IMG/VR virus record: IMGVR_UViG_3300027975_000004
DNA from: an uncultured virus (IMG/VR IMGVR_UViG_3300027975_000004)
Lineage: Duplodnaviria > Heunggongvirae > Uroviricota > Caudoviricetes
Length of the DNA stretch: 20,000 nt
Reading direction: 5' to 3' (one strand)
In this document: positions 17,052-20,000 of the stretch, piece by piece
How the letters are laid out: the number at the start of each line of letters is the position of its first letter
Numbering within the stretch: the stretch's first letter is position 1
The notes under the pieces: model-generated
What the model saw: only the letters and a program-made list of their open reading frames with translations
The model's database searches: none
Told to the model about the DNA's origin: nothing
Translations under genes and position numbers: made by a program

Positions 17052-17405
17052 ATGAACAACGTAGAAAAAACCGCATTGGATCGTGCTGTGCTGCTGCTCA
17101 ACTCCATCAAGGCAAAGTACAAGATCATCTCCCCAGACGGCACGGAGTACGGCGAGCTTGTGCTGGCCCCCGTCAAAACAAAACGTGTCTCGGCGCATCC
17201 GATTGGGGAGATGAGTAACTACTACCGACCAATGGTGATAGATATGCAGCCGGGCGATATGCGCATTGTGCCTGCGGGTAAATATGAGCTCGAAGGACTG
17301 CGCGGCACCATGTCTGGGTGGTTCACTGCACGTTGGGGTAAAGGCGCCGTTATCACCTCAGTCAACAAGCTCAATAACACTATTGAGGTGCTTCGCGTGG
17401 TCTAA
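17052..17405 (+). CDS. hypothetical protein
   Basis: 117 aa, DMQPGD...TIEVLRV; pattern similar to 11293-11637. Confidence 0.75.
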   Translation: MNNVEKTALDRAVLLLNSIKAKYKIISPDGTEYGELVLAPVKTKRVSAHPIGEMSNYYRPMVIDMQPGDMRIVPAGKYELEGLRGTMSGWFTARWGKGAVITSVNKLNNTIEVLRVV

Positions 17406-17415
17406 CCATTAGACC
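17399..17415. repeat. palindrome copy 9 GGTCTAACCATTAGACC; contains the upstream stop codon
   Basis: TAA at 17403-17405. Confidence 0.9.
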
Positions 17416-17461
17416 TGCTTCGCATCACGCTAACTACCAAGGAAACCACTAAGGAACAACC

Positions 17462-18649
17462 ATGCAAGTTCAAGACCGTATCAACAAGGCGAAGATCGCC
17501 ATCATGAGACACCCACGCTTCTGCCGGTACGCCGGCATCATGGCATGTGGCAAGCTCACTATCACGGACACCATACCCACCGCTGCGACTGACGGGTGGA
17601 ATGTCATGGTCAACCCCGAGTTCGTCTCCTCACTCACCGACCCACAACTGCGCCTGCTCATCCTGCACGAGCAGCAACACAAAGCCTACCGCCACCTGCG
17701 GGTATGGCGCTCACTCATCAACGAGAATGCCCAGCTCGCTAACATTGCGATGGATCACTTCGTGAACCTGACCCTGATGGACATGAACGGCACAGATGAC
17801 TTCCTCGCTATGCCCGCCCTAGGTGTGCAGCCTGAGCCTAAGTACCGGGGCTGGTCAGTCGGTCGTATCTTTGCCGACCTCAAGAAGAACCCGCCTCCTA
17901 CCCCACCCCAGTCGTTCGACGAGCATCTGCCCGACAACGCACCCCCACCCGACGCCGATACATCCGACGCCGATACATCCGACGCAGCGCAACAAGCGTT
18001 CGACGACAAGCGCATCAAGGAGATCGACCAAGCGCTACGCCAAGGCGAGATACTTGCCAAGCGACGTGCTGCCCAGATGGGCCTCGACAATACGCCCTCA
18101 TTCGGTGAGCTGCTGCACCCTGCCCGTAACTGGCGTGAGGTGCTGCGTGAGTTTGTGAGTGAGACGTGCACAGGCCGTGACGAGGCGACATGGCGCAGAC
18201 CTAACAGACGGTACTTAGACGCGGACATTTACCTGCCGTCTATGGTGAGCACTACTATGACGCGCTTGGCTGTCGTGTTCGACACCAGCGGGTCGTGCTT
18301 CGGCACGGACATTGCCACGCGGTTCGTATCCGAGCTGGCTGTCATCATCGAGCAGGTCAAGCCCACGTACGTAGACGTGATGTATGTCGACACTCGCGTT
18401 GCTGCCCACCAGACCTTCGAGCACGGACAGTTTGCCGTAGCAGACCTGCAACCCCGTGGCGGTGGCGGCACAGACCTGCCCGTTGCGTTCGACTACATGC
18501 ACGCCAAGAACATCAAGCCTGACGCCTGTGTTGTGCTGACCGACGGCGAGACGCCGTTCGGCACCCCACCCGGCTACCCCGTGCTGTGGGCACTCACTAG
18601 TCTAACGATTAGACCACCCTACGGCACCACCGTGCACATCGGAGACTGA
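17462..18649 (+). CDS. metallopeptidase-VWA protein (DUF2201-like), partner of the AAA ATPase
   Basis: TAATDG, HEQQH (HExxH), WRRPNRR, MIDAS DTSGS, GGGGTD, VLTDG. Confidence 0.9.
   Translation: MQVQDRINKAKIAIMRHPRFCRYAGIMACGKLTITDTIPTAATDGWNVMVNPEFVSSLTDPQLRLLILHEQQHKAYRHLRVWRSLINENAQLANIAMDHFVNLTLMDMNGTDDFLAMPALGVQPEPKYRGWSVGRIFADLKKNPPPTPPQSFDEHLPDNAPPPDADTSDADTSDAAQQAFDDKRIKEIDQALRQGEILAKRRAAQMGLDNTPSFGELLHPARNWREVLREFVSETCTGRDEATWRRPNRRYLDADIYLPSMVSTTMTRLAVVFDTSGSCFGTDIATRFVSELAVIIEQVKPTYVDVMYVDTRVAAHQTFEHGQFAVADLQPRGGGGTDLPVAFDYMHAKNIKPDACVVLTDGETPFGTPPGYPVLWALTSLTIRPPYGTTVHIGD
17949..17985 (+). repeat. 15-bp tandem repeat (2.5 copies) in the interdomain linker
   Basis: CCGACGCCGATACAT x2 + CCGACGC; encodes DADTS repeats. 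Confidence 0.85.
18601..18620. repeat. palindrome copy 10, inside the 3' end of the VWA gene
   Basis: TCTAACGATTAGACCACCCT, identical to 12158-12177. Confidence 0.9.
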
Positions 18650-18650
18650 C

Positions 18651-19034
18651 ATGAGCTTGCCTGATGAAGCATTCGACCGTGACTGGAAATCATCCACAGT
18701 GCGGTTCGAGGAGGCGTTCGACGCCCACATTAACCGCAGCCTTGTGCTGGCGATCATGGCGGGAGCTGAAGCGGTACCCAGAACCATCAGGGTTAGGGTC
18801 GGAGGATTGACTATCCCGCCATTCACTTCCAGCGTCGCCTACGGGTGGTATGGCATGCACCGATACCGTATGCCCTTCTGGGCTGTGAACGCCTGTGTGC
18901 TGCTGCTCGACCGGCCCGAGACACGCTACCTGTTCGACCTGCACCCCGACGCTGTCGCCACGCTGGCTGGCTCGGGTAACGAGGACGCTCTCTGGGTGCT
19001 GGACGCTATGCGCTTGCTACACGAAGGAGACTGA
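18651..19034 (+). CDS. hypothetical protein, paralog of the next gene
   Basis: 127 aa, GGAG RBS; C-terminus YLFDLHPDAVATLAGSGN...EGD. Confidence 0.75.
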   Translation: MSLPDEAFDRDWKSSTVRFEEAFDAHINRSLVLAIMAGAEAVPRTIRVRVGGLTIPPFTSSVAYGWYGMHRYRMPFWAVNACVLLLDRPETRYLFDLHPDAVATLAGSGNEDALWVLDAMRLLHEGD

Positions 19035-19035
19035 C

Positions 19036-19482
19036 ATGACTAACGCCTGGGACGACTTACCCAATGCCAAGCATATTGACCGAGTGCTGGCACACACTGC
19101 GGCACATCCGAAGAAATGGGCCGCTGCTTGGGACGCTGCTCGGGACGCTGCTCGGGCCGCTGCTTGGGACGCTGTTCGGGCCGCTGCTCGGGACGCTGCT
19201 TGGGACGCTGCTTGGGCCGCTGTTCGGGACGCTGCTCGGGACGCTGCTCGGGACGCTGCTCGGGACGCTGCTCGGGGCGATGCTTGGGACGCTGCTCGGG
19301 ACGCTGCTTGGGGCGATGCTTGGGCCGCTGCTCGGGACGCTGCTCGGTGCTTAATCGCATGGGACGACTGCGGATACATCCTCGACCTGCCGCCTGACGT
19401 CGTACGAACGCTAGCAGGCGCAGGCAACCACGCAGCGGTCCTGCTGCTGCCAGCTGTCATTGCCATGTACGAAGGAGACTGA
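19036..19482 (+). CDS. (W/R)DAA tetrapeptide-repeat phage protein
   Basis: AAGGAG RBS, ATG 19036; 19 in-frame 12-bp units. Confidence 0.8.
   Translation: MTNAWDDLPNAKHIDRVLAHTAAHPKKWAAAWDAARDAARAAAWDAVRAAARDAAWDAAWAAVRDAARDAARDAARDAARGDAWDAARDAAWGDAWAAARDAARCLIAWDDCGYILDLPPDVVRTLAGAGNHAAVLLLPAVIAMYEGD
19117..19344 (+). repeat. 12-bp tandem repeat x19, consensus YGGGACGCTGCT
   Basis: read directly from the sequence. Confidence 0.95.
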
Positions 19483-19483
19483 C

Positions 19484-20000
19484 ATGCAGCTCACAGCCTT
19501 GCAGCTCAAAGAGAAAGACCCCAAGCGGTTTGAGAAAGAATACTACGACTGGTGCAACCACTACCCAGACCACGACTGGTGGGACTTCATCGAGTCCGAC
19601 TTCACCGAGCAGGTTGCCCCGATGGGTGTGCGTGTCGACTCTATCTATTTCGAGAGCCACTACCGGACGGCGGGCTTTAACGGGAAGATTGTCATCGCCA
19701 CGTGGATGCAGTCGCAGAAGCTGGATGAGAAGTGGTATCCGCTGTGGGTAGCCTTTCAGCAAGACGAAAGTTATGTGCGGGTATTTAACAACAATCGCCG
19801 CAGCGGGTTCTCACTCGACTGGAACGACAACATCGCCTACACCGTGCCGGAAGGTGTGTTCTCCGACATGGACCAGCAAGACTGGGAAGACATGTTGCAG
19901 GACCAGTTGATGCAGTCGATCATTTATTCCCTGATAGAAGATTGGATCAACGAGCAAGGCCACGACCTCGGCACTCGCCTGCGTGAAGCTTACGAGTGGG
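19484..20000 (+). CDS. acidic, Trp/Tyr-rich hypothetical protein, truncated by the window end (MQLTALQLKEKDPKRFEKEYYDW...)
   Basis: AAGGAG RBS, open frame to 20000; absent from the ORF track because it has no stop. Confidence 0.8.
   Translation, partial: MQLTALQLKEKDPKRFEKEYYDWCNHYPDHDWWDFIESDFTEQVAPMGVRVDSIYFESHYRTAGFNGKIVIATWMQSQKLDEKWYPLWVAFQQDESYVRVFNNNRRSGFSLDWNDNIAYTVPEGVFSDMDQQDWEDMLQDQLMQSIIYSLIEDWINEQGHDLGTRLREAYEW

Noticed and set aside
9861..18620. Palindromes as a CRISPR array
   Set aside because: Units are 13-35 bp, separated by 0.5-1.6 kb of whole genes; no cas genes.
19017..19466. Alternative-frame repeat ORFs (EQRP, GTLL, GRCS, RAAS)
   Set aside because: By-products of a stop-free 12-bp repeat; only the frame from 19036 has an RBS and a paralogous C-terminus.
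1..20000. tRNA/rRNA genes, integrase, reverse transcriptase, introns or inteins
   Set aside because: None recognised; terminase, portal and capsid frames are uninterrupted.

Overview
This window is part of a tailed dsDNA phage (Caudoviricetes) genome with two divergent arms. The left arm (1-9480, minus strand) is a head and packaging operon: probable small terminase, large terminase, portal, GroES-like co-chaperonin, scaffold, decoration-type protein, major capsid protein, a free-standing HNH endonuclease and further virion genes. The gap at 9481-9960 holds six ~14-bp palindromic repeats, a G4-type run and divergent promoters. The right arm (9980-20000, plus strand) is an early/accessory region driven by four near-consensus sigma70 promoters. 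It carries many small genes, an HTH protein, a MoxR-like AAA ATPase, its metallopeptidase-VWA partner, an acidic ArdA-like protein and a 12-bp-repeat protein. The most striking unexplained signal is ten copies of the palindrome TCTAA-N3-TTAGA, which I found only in the early arm. They lie at gene boundaries, supply the TAA stop codon of three genes, and four are fused to a second hairpin CACCCT-N4-(A/G)GGGTG. The arms match the integron inverse-core/core consensus (RYYYAAC / GTTRRRY). A possible interleaved pseudoknot leader RNA lies at 530-601. All protein calls come from motif recognition by eye; no database search was run.
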